Source: Octopus sinensis
Lineage: Eukaryota
Direction: 5' to 3'
NCBI RefSeq assembly: GCF_006345805.1
Contig: NW_021824839.1
Location: 27,219 to 91,218, forward strand
Length of the DNA: 64,000 nt
In this document: positions 1-13,031 of the stretch, in pieces
Position numbering within the stretch: the first letter of the stretch is position 1
Layout of the letters: the number at the start of each line of letters is the position of its first letter
Program-made: the position numbers and the translations under genes
The notes under the pieces: generated by a model
Seen by the model: only the letters and a program-made list of their open reading frames with translations
Databases searched by the model: none
What the model was told of the DNA's origin: nothing

Positions 1-60
1 ATCGACACCGAAAGGATGAAAGGTAAAGAAAGTCGACTGGGGCAGAATTTGAACTCAGAA
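1..60 (-). mobile_element. SINE-1 fragment (window edge)
   Basis: ATCGAC..GAAAGGATGAAAGG..AAAGTCGAC...GAATTTGAACTCAGAA matches the body and B-box of the family repeated throughout the window. Confidence 0.7.
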
Positions 61-453
61 CTTAATATTTTATAACATTAAGTTTTATAACAATAATGTT
101 TTATACCATTTATAACAAAGTTTTATAAGAATAGTACACGTAATCTTGTAGGCTCTTTCCAGATGATTGTGAATGTGGCGAAGCAATGCTTAAGTGGCGA
201 TTAAATTTTCTAAGAGGACGGATGTAACTCTATAAAAAGCTTGTTAGAATTCGAGTTATAAGCATATGCTTTCCATTCGTACAAGTGTGTATGAATGGAA
301 GCAGGCTTTAGGTTAAGTTTAAATTTGGAATGTAATGGGAAAATGAATATTGATAAAAATTAGGATGGTGGTGGAATGCAAGAATTAGCCGCTACAGCAA
401 GAGAGTACTAAAATATTAAATAAACAGCTGCTAATATTCAAGTACAATATTGG

Positions 454-927
<474 letters not shown>

Positions 928-928
928 A

Positions 929-1317
929 TGAATGGAAGCACTCCGTCGGTTACGACGACGAGGGTTCCTGTTGATCCGATCAACGGAACAGCCTGCTCGT
1001 GAAATTAACGTGTAAGTGGCTGAGCACTACACAGACACGTGTGCCCTTAACGTAGTTCGCGGGGATATTCAGCGTGACACAGAGAGTGACAAGGCCGGCC
1101 CTTTGAAATACAGGTACAACAGAAACAGGAAGTAAGAGTGAGAGAAAGTTGTGGTGAAAGAGTACAGCAAGGATCACCACCATCCCTGCCGGAGCCTCGT
1201 GGAGCTTTAGGTGTTTTCACTCAATAAACACTCACAACGCCCGGTCTGGGAATCGAAACCGCGATCCTACGACCTCGAGTCCGCTGCCCTAACCACTGGG
1301 CCATTGCGCCTCCACTA
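929..1317 (-). mobile_element. tRNA-derived SINE (tRNA-Arg-like head)
   Basis: Reverse complement begins GGAGGCGCAATGGCCCAGTGGTTAGGGCAGCGGACTCG...GGTTTCGATTCCC (A and B boxes); about 390 bp, ending next to an (ATG)n run. Confidence 0.8.
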
Positions 1318-1666
1318 TTATGAATAGACAACAGGAAGGATGCGATGGAATGGAGCCAAGTGAGATAAGACAAGTTCAATTAAAATGAATTTAGAGAAAT
1401 AAGTATTAAAGCGTGTAAAGAGACGCAACTGGAAAATATAGCTGAGAAAAATTTAAAAGTACAAAGTAATAATGAATAGGATTATATAATAAAGATAGTG
1501 ATACAGGTGCAGCCATGGATACATGGTTAGAACATTCGATTCGCAACCACGTGGTTTCAGGTTCAGTTCCATTGCACGGCATCTTGGTCTCCGAGCCGAA
1601 TAATGTTTTCTGAGTGAATTTGGTAGACGGTGAGTGCTTGAAAGCCTGTGATTTATAATTATGTGA

Positions 1667-2650
1667 AGGCGCGTGGCCTAGTGGTTTGGGTGTTGCTCTC
1701 GCGTTCGCAAGATCGGGATTTCAATTCCCAGACCGGTGATTCGTTATTTTCTAGAGTAAAGCAATTTATTTCATGATGCTCCAGTTCACTCAGCTATAAA
1801 TGAGTAACCCTGTGACTGATTGTCGTCCCCCTTCAGAGCGAATATTAGCCTGCCCGCCCGCGAATTTTTTTCCCACGAGAGTTCCGGATCCCAGTAATGA
1901 ACTCATTTACATACAGCCAATCAGAGCTCGCCTTGAGAATCCACATACTGTGTACAACTACAGTACAGCCAGTCAGGCATAGAATGGTGTATGTCACTCT
2001 GTGGGTAGAGCAAAGCTGGTCTCACATAAGTACCACATTACCCACCCATCCCAACATACTGATAGATCAATTGAGCATCATCTCTATATCGAGCTAACAT
2101 TAGGTACCTATATTCAGACTGAGACTAATGATTCTACATGCACCCATTGATATATGCAAGGAAGGCTCAGTACGACAACGCCATATTGATTACGATGTTT
2201 CTAGATCAATACCAACATTTGAAATTAGGAATGTACAAAATCAGTAAAAAAATTAGGAAACTACACTCAATTACATTTTCCAGTAAATTACGCAAATTGG
2301 CAACACTTATAGCATTATCGGTGAGCAGCTCTCCATTCACTTTATACTCTAAATTTCACATTTGTCACTCCTATTAACTCGTTTAGAATCGTTACATTTT
2401 GTTATAACGCACATTTTCCACTGAACTCAACCAGTGTATTTTCGTGACTAGGCAGACACTAGTTTGATTTCACAAATGAGTTCACAACTGATGTCCAGAA
2501 CTCTCGTGGGAAAAAAAATTCGCTGCACGCCCGCCCGCCCACCTAACAAGAAGGTAGGTATCATTCGAAAGTTATAACAATGCGAGGAAACGCATTGTGA
2601 TCAGTGGTGTATAACAACATCAGATAGTCTGATCGATACAGTGATACAGT
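1667..2650 (+). mobile_element. Decayed tRNA-derived SINE split by a MITE
   Basis: Head GGCGCGTGGCCTAGTGG, central GCTCCAGTTCACTCAGCT; tail resumes after 2523 (AACAACATC-GATAGTCTG-TCGAT, also seen at 14310-14340). Confidence 0.55.
1860..2523. mobile_element. Non-autonomous DNA transposon (MITE) with about 50-bp imperfect TIRs
   Basis: 1860-1908 GCGAATTTTTTTCCCACGAGAGTT...GAACTCATTT is the inverted copy of 2474-2523. Confidence 0.65.
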
Positions 2651-3041
2651 AACACGTGTGTGTGTGGAGGGAAAGAAGTTGGTAGATAGATATGTACGTA
2701 GGTATGTGTGTGCGTTTGTATGTGTGTATGTGTTTATCTTTGTCCTCCCTCTCACAGCCTGACCGGTGGTAGTTTGTTTATCTCCTCGCAATTCAGCCAT
2801 TCAGTGAATGGACCTATAAGTAAGAGAGTTAAAATAAGTACTGGGGTCGATTTGTTCAAGGTCCGTCCTCCAGTATGGCCGCAGTTCAATTACCTAAATG
2901 GATAAAGAATAGAAGAATAAAAGAATAAACATACTCTTTTACATTAGAATTGCCTTGCAAACGTGATTAGCAACCAGTTTCAATGTCCATTTAGTGGCAG
3001 TCTCACCGAATAGCATTTAGCAATTAGTAACAGCTCTACCG

Positions 3042-3341
3042 TGGAGGCACATGACCTAGTGGTTAGAGCAGCGGACTCGCGGTCGAGGGTTCGAATCTCG
3101 GACCGGGCGATGTGTGTGTTTATGAGCGAAAACACCTAATTTCCACGCGGCTCTGGCAGAAGGTAATGGCGAACTTCTGCTAACTCTTTCGTCACACCTT
3201 TCTCTCACTCTTTCCTCCTGCATCTTGCAACTCACCAGCGACGGACCGGCGTCTCGTCCAGGTGGGAAACGTATACGCCAAGGAAACCGATAAACCGGCC
3301 CTAATGAGCCAGGCATGGCTCGAGAGGGAACAAACAAAGCA
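3042..3341 (+). mobile_element. Full-length tRNA-derived SINE with 13-bp TSD
   Basis: tRNA-like head TGGAGGCACATGACCTAGTGGTTAGAGC...GGTTCGAATC; (CAAA)-type tail; AACAGCTCTACCG at 3029-3041 and 3342-3354. Confidence 0.85.
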
Positions 3342-3668
3342 AACAGCTCTACCGCTAGCAGTTAGTCGCAATTAATAGTTATCGATCTTACTGCATGACC
3401 AAAACCAGCCAATAAGAATGAGCCTTACTCATCATTCAACATTCAATGACAACCAGCTTTACTTAGAAGCTCTAGACGCCAAACCACTCATAACCAAACA
3501 TCCGAACACACAGGCGTATTTTCATCACTTTTTGTGAAACTTTAAGTACCCTAATGCGATTCATAGCCAAACTTCTAATGCAATGGGAAACAAACTCTGC
3601 CCTTTTTCTTTGTACACGTATATATAAAACACACACAAAATATATGCATATGTTTAGATATGTGTGAG

Positions 3669-3671
<3 letters not shown>

Positions 3672-3737
<66 letters not shown>

Positions 3738-3985
3738 GCACATACACACACGCACAAACACAAAAGCACATATGCACATACATAAATCATCCATCTTTCC
3801 ATATATATATATATATATATATAATATATATATATATATGTTATGTATGTATAAGTGTGTGTGTTTGTATATGTCTTTATTTATATACATATACATATAT
3901 ACATTTAAATATGTAGGTATATATGTATATCTGTATGTATATATGTATGTATGTATGTATATATGTATGTATGTATATATGTATG

Positions 3986-4019
<34 letters not shown>

Positions 4020-4065
4020 TGTATGTATGTATGTATGTATGTATGTATATATGTATGTATGTATG

Positions 4066-4099
<34 letters not shown>

Positions 4100-4110
4100 T
4101 GTATGTATGT
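3672..4110. repeat. (AC)n/(TC)n/(TA)n/(TATG)n microsatellites
   Basis: Direct reading. Confidence 0.95.
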
Positions 4111-4377
4111 ATTTACACCCCCCCCCCACTCGACACACTCACATATAAATACGTCGATGTAAAACATAAATGCCATTTGTATATATTAAAAGGATTATTC
4201 AACCCATTTTATTGGTTCATTGTATAGAATCGAAATGCTTTGAGGTGGTTCGGATGTTAGTGTGTGACGGTAGTTACGGTGGCGATGTTGTTCTTAAATT
4301 TCGGTGAGGGTGGCGGGTAGAGTTTTAAGCGGTGTTTATCGAAGTGGTGTAACATTTTTGATCGTCGTCGTTTGAAG

Positions 4378-4745
4378 ATAGTGATGGTGGTGGTGGTTGT
4401 AGTGGTGGTGGTTTTGGTGGTGTTGCTTTTATGATGATGGTGGTGGTGATGGTGGTGGTGGTGGTGGTGGTGGTGGTGGTGTACTTGATGATGGTGGTGG
4501 TCTGGGTGTTGGTGATTTTGGTGATGGGGGGTGGTATGAGTAATAGTAGTGGTGGCTTTGATGATTGTGGTGGTGGTGGTGGTTTTGGTGATGGTGGTGG
4601 TGTTCTTGATGATGGTGGTGGTCTGGGTGTTGGTGATTTTGGTAATAGTGGCGGTGGTGGTTTGGTGGTGGTCGTCGTGGCATTGATGATTGTGTTGGTG
4701 GTATAGGTGATGGTGGTGGTGGTGGTGACTGTGGTGCTCGTTATG
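4378..4745. repeat. Degenerate (GGT)n trinucleotide tract
   Basis: GGT/GAT-rich low complexity; explains the His/Thr/Pro-rich ORFs. Confidence 0.9.
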
Positions 4746-5284
4746 ATGGTCGAGTTGGCGGAAAAAATATTTTCTCTTTTGAAATCTTTGAACTTTTTCT
4801 GTTAAATTAGCCATACTATGAGAAAAATTCATAAAAATATAAAGAAAGAACAACGTTATTTATGTTATTCTGGGTGTTTAAGAAGTCCGATGGTTACAGA
4901 TCTAGGTATCACCGACATAAATTTACAAGTTTACATAAATCCCTGGAGCGATAAAAGAACTTGAAGAAACCTCCTACTGCGATTCCATAAAACGGAAATA
5001 CTTTCAGTTTTATATTTTGAATTACTGAATAAATTATATTGTTGGAGTTGTTACTGTTTTTGTTGTAGTTGTTATTTTTCGGATCAATAGCAGCACTGAT
5101 GGGGTTACTTTATGCTCACAGGTGTTCCAGTTGTGGCCAACTCGTCCTTTCCCGCCACACCCAATAGATGTAGCACTTCATTATCAAATGATTCTTTCGT
5201 TCTTTTTTCTTTTCTTTTTTTTTTTTTTTTTTGCTTTTCAGCTGATAGCTTATGTGATTTTAGGGGAATTTTGTCTTTATTTCT

Positions 5285-5960
5285 TATTTCTTTATTGCCC
5301 ACAAGGGGGTTAAACATAGAGGGGACAAACAAGAACATAGGGATTAAGTCGAGTAGGGTTAGGGATCGACTCCAGTGCGTAACTGGTACTTAATTTATCG
5401 ACTCCGAAAGGATGGAAGGCAGAGTCGACCTCGGCGGAATTTGAACTCATTCTCGACCCCAGTACACAACTGGTACGTCACTCGAAATATCTATTTCTTT
5501 ACTACCCACAAGGGACTAAACACAGAGGGGACAAACAAGGACAGACATAGGTATTAAGTCGATTACATGTAACCCAGTGCGCAACTGGTACTTAATTTAT
5601 CGACCCCGTAAGGATGAAAGGCAAAGTCGACGTCGGCGGAATTTGAACTCAGAACGTAACGTCACACGAAATACCGCTAAGTATTTCGCCCGGCGTGCTA
5701 ACGTTTCTACCAGCTCGCCGCCTTTTTTGTCTTTATTTCTACCATGTCGAATGACTACAGAGTGAAGGCGCACGATCTAGTGATCAGAGTATTGCCCTCA
5801 TTCTCGACCCCAGTACACAACTGGTACTTAATTTATCGACCCTGAAAGGATGAAAAGCAAAGTCGACCATAGCGGAATTTGAATTCAAAACGTAAAAACA
5901 GACGAAATACCGCTAAACATTTCGCCCAGCATGTTAACGTTTCTGCCAGCTCGCCGCCTT
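5285..5960 (-). mobile_element. SINE-1 cluster (three partial or complete units)
   Basis: Units of about 5285-5450, 5491-5720 and 5800-5960; heads end in ...CCAGCTCGCCGCC on the plus strand. Confidence 0.85.
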
Positions 5961-6320
5961 AAAACTTGTCCGATTTCATTGAAATAGTTAATTCTGGGGA
6001 CATTTTTTTATAACTGCAAGTATTTACCTAAGACTATCCCTCATAAAACTAACGAAGGAGATCCTACATGGTCGTTTGATTTGTTAGAACTAGCAGCTAA
6101 ACGTCACTCAAATTATACCGCACAATATTTAAAGGACACCTAAGATAATGTAATTCAAGATGCATTGTGTCTAAAAAAAACATGAAAATTAATCCTCTTA
6201 GGACACCCAGGGAGATTAATCGACCCAAGTGATAGAAACTGAAAGGACTTTGAGGTCGACCCATTTGCCCAATCGAACAAACGTGAATGCTTGGTTTTGA
6301 AGTGTAATAGCCAATCAGAG

Positions 6321-6549
6321 ATGGAGCTGGCAGAATCGTTAGCAAGCCGGGCGAAATGCTTTGCGGTATTTCGTCTGCCGTTACGCTATGAGTTCAAATT
6401 TCGCCGAGGTCGACTTTGCCTTTCATCCTTTCGGGGTCGATTAAATGAATACCAGTTACGTACTGGAGTCGATATAATCGACTTAATCCGTTTATCTGTC
6501 CTTGTTTGTCCCTTCTGTGTTTAGCCCCTTGTGGGTAGTAAAGAAATAG
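6321..6549 (+). mobile_element. SINE-1 monomer, type-A tail
   Basis: GAGCTGGCAGAATCGTTAGC (A box) ... GAGTTCAAATT (B box) ... TTTAGCCCCTTGTGGGTAGTAAAGAAATAG followed by GTATT. Confidence 0.9.
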
Positions 6550-6879
6550 GTATTACTAAGATATTTTCAAATTTCGCCAATATATAAGAACGTAAGTACT
6601 TAGTTACTGTGCAACACGTGGAGATTGTGTTTGAAGTGTTTATTTGGCTTATTCATTCATCTATATAGTATTACACTTTACATAATGTTTACACACTGAT
6701 GTAGAAATATTCTTATGTAAGCCGATCTGCATTCTGTAGCTCGAATTCTCCGTGATGTGGTATGTAACCTTTATGTAAGCTGTAATTACATACGTTCGAA
6801 TATTGAACTGGCTTCTACAGTCACCATTTTATGTTTGCATGTATGTTTATATTTATATTCAGTATATATATATGCTTTT

Positions 6880-7058
6880 ACTTTTACTTTTACTTGTTTC
6901 AGTCATTTGACTGCGGCCATGCAGGAGCACCGCCTTTTAATCGAGCAACTCGACCCCGGGACTTATTCTTTTGTAAGCCTAGTACTTATTCTATCGGTCT
7001 CTTTTGCCGGGGACATAAACACACCAGCATCGGTTGTCAGGCAATGCTAGGGGGACAA

Positions 7059-7093
<35 letters not shown>

Positions 7094-7267
7094 CATATAT
7101 ACGACGGGCTTCTTTCAGTTTCCGTCTACCAAATCCACTCACAAGGCTTTGGTCGGCCCGAGGCTATAGTAGAAGACATTTGCCCAAGATGCCACGCAGT
7201 GGGACTGAACCCAGAACCGTGTGGCTGGTAAACAAGCTACTTACCACACAGCCACTCCTGCGCCTAT
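6880..7267 (-). mobile_element. SINE-2 (GGCGCAGGAGTGG head, internal (TA)/(TG) tract, (GAGTAAAA)n-type tail)
   Basis: Near-full match to the plus-strand copies at 27114, 30183 and 41837. Confidence 0.9.
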
Positions 7268-7660
7268 AAGAGAATGTAAGTGTATAAATGTATTTACGTG
7301 TGTATATCTATGTGCGTGTGTGTTTGTATGTGTAAAATATGTTTTGTTGTATGTGTATATTGCGTATGTATGTAATTGTATGTATTCATAAATACATACA
7401 CTTAGATTGCATAAGTGTATCTATGTATACAAATGCATACATACACTTATGTAATCTAAGTGTATGTATATATTTATGCTTGTGTTATATATGTATATAT
7501 GTATACACTCTTCAACAACAAACACACACACACGCACATCTATACTGATGATATATGTCTATATGTTGTGAATATATACATATCTATTATACATTATCTA
7601 TATATATTTATATATACAATATATGAATGTGTGTATTATAAATATATATACATATATATG

Positions 7661-7694
<34 letters not shown>

Positions 7695-7702
7695 TATTTA
7701 TA

Positions 7703-7833
7703 TATAGAAGGAGTTCTACAGGACTAGTACTGTTTCATTCAGAGAAATCTTCAGAAATCTTCAGAAACTTCAGAAATCTTCCTGAAGATTTCTCTTGAAT
7801 GAACAGTACTAGTCCTGTAGAGCTCCTTCTATA
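7703..7833. repeat. Short foldback (about 52-bp arms) next to (TA)n
   Basis: TATAGAAGGAGTTCTACAGGACTAGTACTG... versus ...CAGTACTAGTCCTGTAGAGCTCCTTCTATA. Confidence 0.9.
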
Positions 7834-8000
7834 AATAAATTAATTTTTACTCTGCTGTATTGAGTACCTTACTTACTGTGGTTAACCCCGATCAACCCGG
7901 GACCTACATATATATATATATATATATATATATGTATAATATATATAAATATACCACACACACATATTCATTATATGTATATATAATATATATAGATAAT

Positions 8001-8330
8001 AGGCGCATGGCCTCAGTGGTTAGAGCGTCGAGCTTACGATCGTGAGGTTGTGAGCTCGAATCCGGACCGGGCTGCGTGTTGTGTTCTCGGCAGGCACTTT
8101 ATTTCACGTTGCTCCAGTTCACTCAGCTGTAGAATGAGTTGCGACGTCACTGGTGCCACCTGTGTCGACCTTTGCTTCTCCCTTGGATAACACCTGTGGC
8201 GTGGAGAGGGGAGGCGGTTATGCAGGGGCGACTGCTGCCTTCCATAAAAACAACCTTGCCCAGACTTGTGTCTTGGAGGGTAACTTCCTAGGTGCAATCC
8301 CATGTCATTCATGACCGAAGGGGTCTTTAC
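8001..8330 (+). mobile_element. tRNA-derived SINE (tRNA-Arg(ACG)-like head)
   Basis: GGCGCATGGCCTCAGTGGTTAGAGCG...CTTACGATC; central TTGCTCCAGTTCACTCAGCTG; same family as 49035-49320. Confidence 0.85.
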
Positions 8331-8387
8331 AATGTGGGTTGTGTATATTATATTATATATATATATATATAATATATATATATATAT

Positions 8388-8428
<41 letters not shown>

Positions 8429-8483
8429 TATATTATCAATATACATATGCACATTACATATTACATACATATATGTGTGTGTA

Positions 8484-8532
<49 letters not shown>

Positions 8533-8880
8533 CGTTGTTATTCTGTGTGTGCATGTAACCTGAAACGCACTTGTTCAAACATAGCACCGACATTCTTTGA
8601 TAGTATTTAGTAACAAGATCAATTTGAAAAAAGATCCTGGTGCTTGCAGTCAGAGGCAATACTAATAATAACAGATACTCCACTAGCATTTTTTTTTTCA
8701 TTGACTCTTCAACTTTCTACGCTCGCAATTTCTACCACCCACCCTCCTCCCTTCCATTTCGTTTATTTTTATTGGCATTGTTTACCGTATAGAATAACGC
8801 CAAGGTGTCAAAATTTATTTCTTCACACACACAAGTACATAAACACATAAACAGCATACACATATCTATCTATTTATTTA

Positions 8881-8991
<111 letters not shown>

Positions 8992-9087
8992 GTACGAATG
9001 TATGTATCTATGTATCTATCTATCTATCTATCTAATATTTATACACATGTGTATATATACATGTGTATATATACATGTATAGTATAT

Positions 9088-9304
9088 ACCTTTTTACTCT
9101 TTTACTTATTTCCAGTCATTTGACTGCGGCCATGCTGGAGCACCGCCTTTAGTCGAGGAAATCGACCTCCAGGACTTATTCTTTGTAAGCCTAGTACTTA
9201 CCTTATCGGTCTCTTTTGCCGAACCACTAAGTTACGGGGACTTAAACACACCAGCATCGGTTGTCAAGCGATGATGGGGAGAGGGACAAACACAGACAAA
9301 CACA

Positions 9305-9351
<47 letters not shown>

Positions 9352-9560
9352 ATATATATATATATATACATATACATATGCATATACATTATACAACGAG
9401 CTTCTTTCAGTTTCTGTCTAGTTTTTTCAGCTTCCGACAAGACTTTGCCCGCCCGAGGCTATAATAGAAGACACTTGCCCAAGGTACCACGCAGTAGGAC
9501 TGAACCCGGAACCATGTGGTTGGTAAGCAAGCTACTTACCACACATCCACTCCTGCCTAT
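9088..9560 (-). mobile_element. SINE-2
   Basis: Same modules as the other SINE-2 copies. Confidence 0.85.
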
Positions 9561-10251
9561 GGTATATAAATTACATTTGAAATGTAAGGTATAACTTTAT
9601 TTTTATAAACTTTTTAAGTTTAGCCTCGCTATTAAAAGCACATACACATACACACGTACGCCTGTGTATGTACGAATATACGTGTAAGAAAGCCTATGAG
9701 TACGAGAAATGTAAGAATGTAAAGACATACCATTTGCACTTTCGATCTCCGGATAATCGAGTTCGTGTCTCCTGACTGCCCGTTTTACAGTTTATTGACT
9801 GCTCCTCAGAGAAAGGGTACTCGGCTTCCTTTCCCAATCAATAGCTGTCATATATAAAGCAGTCACAAGTTAGGCTATGAACACAGTCGTTAGTTTAATT
9901 TACATATTTGTTTTTTGTTGTTTTTTTTATTGCGTATGTCTACGTTATCTAGTTTGCTTTGATTCAATTTTTTTTTTACCTGGTCGCTCACCTGTGCTAA
10001 TGGCAAAATTCATTCTGGTACAGTCAACTGCATGGTCGGGTCATCGGCGACTAAACCGGTCCCCTACGTTACCAGATTAGTCTCGTGAAGGGGTTTGTTA
10101 GAAACAACAAGACAAAATCAGTACCTATCAAAAGTATGGATGAACCCAACGTAAGGACAACGGTGACTTAAAAATACTGAGTTATTTGTTTCCAGTATTG
10201 CTGCAGGATAAAGTCATTCTCTTACCTGAAGCGATGTATAGTACTACATTC

Positions 10252-11032
10252 GGATCTTTACCTTTTGACCTACAAATTTAAAAAATAATTTTTTGTAACT
10301 AAACACTTTCAAACTTCGGACACTGGTAGAACGTGTCATATAAAACATGTTTTACTCTTAGCATTTTTGAGAAAAACTTATATTTACGAAAATATTTCAC
10401 CTTACAGTTCTCGTATTTCGGTAATTTCAACCAATCAATGACGTGTATTCAGCTGAATAAAATTACTGCTGTTGTTTGTCGACAACAACTTCTGGCGGTG
10501 TATATTTCGTTTCTCACTGTTATTTATGATAACCCTAACCCTAAAACCTTAACCCTAACTCTAAAACGTAACCCTAACCCTAACCCTAAAACCTTAACTC
10601 TAACACTAAAACCCTAACCCTAAAACTCTAACCCTAAAACCCTAACCTAACCCTGAAACCCCAACCCTAAACCTAACCCTAACTCTAAAACCCTAACCCT
10701 AATCCTAAAACCCTAACCCTAAAACCTAAAACCAGTACAAATGCACGAACGATGTCATAAATAACAGTGACAAACGAAATATACACCGCCAGAAGTTGTT
10801 GTTGACAAACAACGGCAGTAATTTTATTCAGCTGAATACACCTCATTGATTGGTTGAAATTACCGAAATACGAGAATTTTAAGGTGAAATATCTTCGTAA
10901 ATATAAGTTTTTCTCAAAAATGCAAAGAGTAAAACATGTTTTATATGACACATTCTACAAGTGTCCGAAGTTTGAAAGTGTTTAGTTACAAAAAATTATT
11001 TTTTAAATCTGTAGGTCAAAAGGTAAAGATCC
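10252..11032. mobile_element. Foldback DNA transposon (about 280-bp TIRs, 8-bp TSD) with a degenerate (TAACCC)n core
   Basis: Starts GGATCTTTACC and ends GGTAAAGATCC; CTACATTC at 10244-10251 and 11033-11040; telomere-like repeats about 10530-10730. Confidence 0.9.
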
Positions 11033-11254
11033 CTACATTCAAATGAAAGGAAGTCTTAACATGGCGCATAGATAACAGAATTCATACAACACCGTATAAA
11101 ATAACATATAGCATTTAATTATTTCCTTTCACTTTCGGAGTTCAAATCTTGCCTAGGTGCACTATAACTACAGGCTATCCAGGTTTAATAAAATGATTAC
11201 AAGCCAATAAAATCAGTAGCACTCGATAAGACGATTAGCAATCAATAGAATTCC

Positions 11255-11470
11255 TTTACTTGCCTCACTCGCTCGACTGCGGCCAGGCTGGAGCACCGCC
11301 TAAATGGTTTTAGACGAAGCAATCGACCCCTGGACTTATTCTTTGTAAGCCTAGTTTTTATTCTATCGGATCCCCTCCGCCGAACCGCTAAGTTTCGGGG
11401 ACGTAATGTCACCAACAACAGTTGTCAAGCAATAGTGGAGGTGCACAGACATAAAGACACACACCACACA

Positions 11471-11520
<50 letters not shown>

Positions 11521-11693
11521 ACACACACACATATATATATATATAGATATATATGACGGGCTTCTTTTAATTTTCGTCTACCAAATCCACTCACAACGCT
11601 TTGGCCGACCGAAGGCTATAGTAGAAGGCACTTGCCCTAAGTGCCACGCAGTGGGACAGAACCCGGTACCAGGTGGTTGGGAAGCAAGCTTCT
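11255..11693 (-). mobile_element. SINE-2 whose head is interrupted by a SINE-1 dimer
   Basis: Body and tail intact; head resumes at about 12109-12130 (TTCTTAACACACAGCCATACC). Confidence 0.8.
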
Positions 11694-12108
11694 TATTTCT
11701 TTACTGCCCGCAAGAGGTTACACACAAAGGGGACAAACAAGGACAAACAGACGGATTAAAGTCGATAATGTCGACCCCATTGCGTAACTGGTACTTATTC
11801 AATCAACCCCGAAAGGATGAAAGGCAAAGTCGACCTCGGCGGAATTTGAACTCAGAGCGTAACGGCAGACCAAATACCTATTTCTTTGCTACCCACAAGG
11901 GGCTAAACACAGAGGGGACAAACAAGGACAGACAAAGGGGTTAAGTTGATTATATCGACCCCAGTGCGTAACTGGTACTTATTTAATCGACCCCGAAAGG
12001 ATGACAGGTAAAGTTGACCTCGGAGAATTTGAACTCAGAACGTAGCGGCAGATGCAATACTGCTGAGCATTTCGTCCGGCGTGCCAGCGATTCTGCCAGC
12101 TCGCCGCC
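11694..12108 (-). mobile_element. SINE-1 dimer nested in SINE-2
   Basis: Full head at 12108, internal type-A junction at 11877/11878, outer 3' end abuts AGAA of SINE-2. Confidence 0.85.
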
Positions 12109-13031
12109 TTCTTAACACACAGCCATACCTAATAAAATTGATAAAATGAGTACCAATCGGTAAAATTGATAAATTGATAAAATGAATAGCATTCCATAAA
12201 ACGAGTTGAGGTCGATAAAATGAGAAGCAGTTAATAAAACGGGTAGTTATCAATAAAAGAAGTAACAGTTGATAAAAATAACTACTGGGGTAGATGTAAA
12301 AGAAATATTCTCAATGAAACGATGCCCCAGTATGGCCACAGCAACTCAGTGACTGGAACTAAAATAATAAAAGTGTAATTACACAGTTCATAGCTGTGTA
12401 ACCAAATGGTATTTATTCTCCGCTATAAATTCAGTAATTTTAGACAAAGAGACGAACATAAAAACATGGAAAGATAAACGAATGCCTAGTTTTTACGAGA
12501 ATCTGTCACGATGGTGAAATGAGTCATGATGTAGTTGACTCTTAGTATTGACATGCGTAGACAATTTGATCTTTTCTTGCCGCAAAAACATAACCAGAAC
12601 AAACATCCCTTGTTAGGATGACTTTCTTCACCTTTTGGCCGGGTGTGGGACAGGGTGAAGATGGCAATAGGGAAGTCACACTTACTAAGTCATTGACTTT
12701 TTTTTTTTAAGACTTCATTTTGTTGATGCTGTATTTTTTTTTTTTTTGGTATTCATTTATTTTTCGCTCTTAGTCAGATGTCAACCATATTAACTTTGAT
12801 ATCTTGACCCAGAAATAAAACTACTTTAAAATCATATTAAGGTGCATAAATATGCCAGTTGTTGCTGTTGTTGCTATTGTTGTTTAGCCCCAGACCACCC
12901 TGATCAACCACACTTAAAATATAATGAGACATTCCCTCTGGGACCAATCCCTCTTCGTTTTTTCGAGGCACTCTGTATCTAAGACAGGATTATCTGATTG
13001 ATTATTTCGGTTAGATCAAGCTGTCATTTCT

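Noticed and set aside
8348-8701. Signal-peptide-like MLVEYLLLLVLPLTAS ORF
   Set aside because: No convincing splice donor or homology; it runs into microsatellite
10530-10730. True chromosome end
   Set aside because: Repeats are degenerate, short and enclosed by TIRs and a TSD
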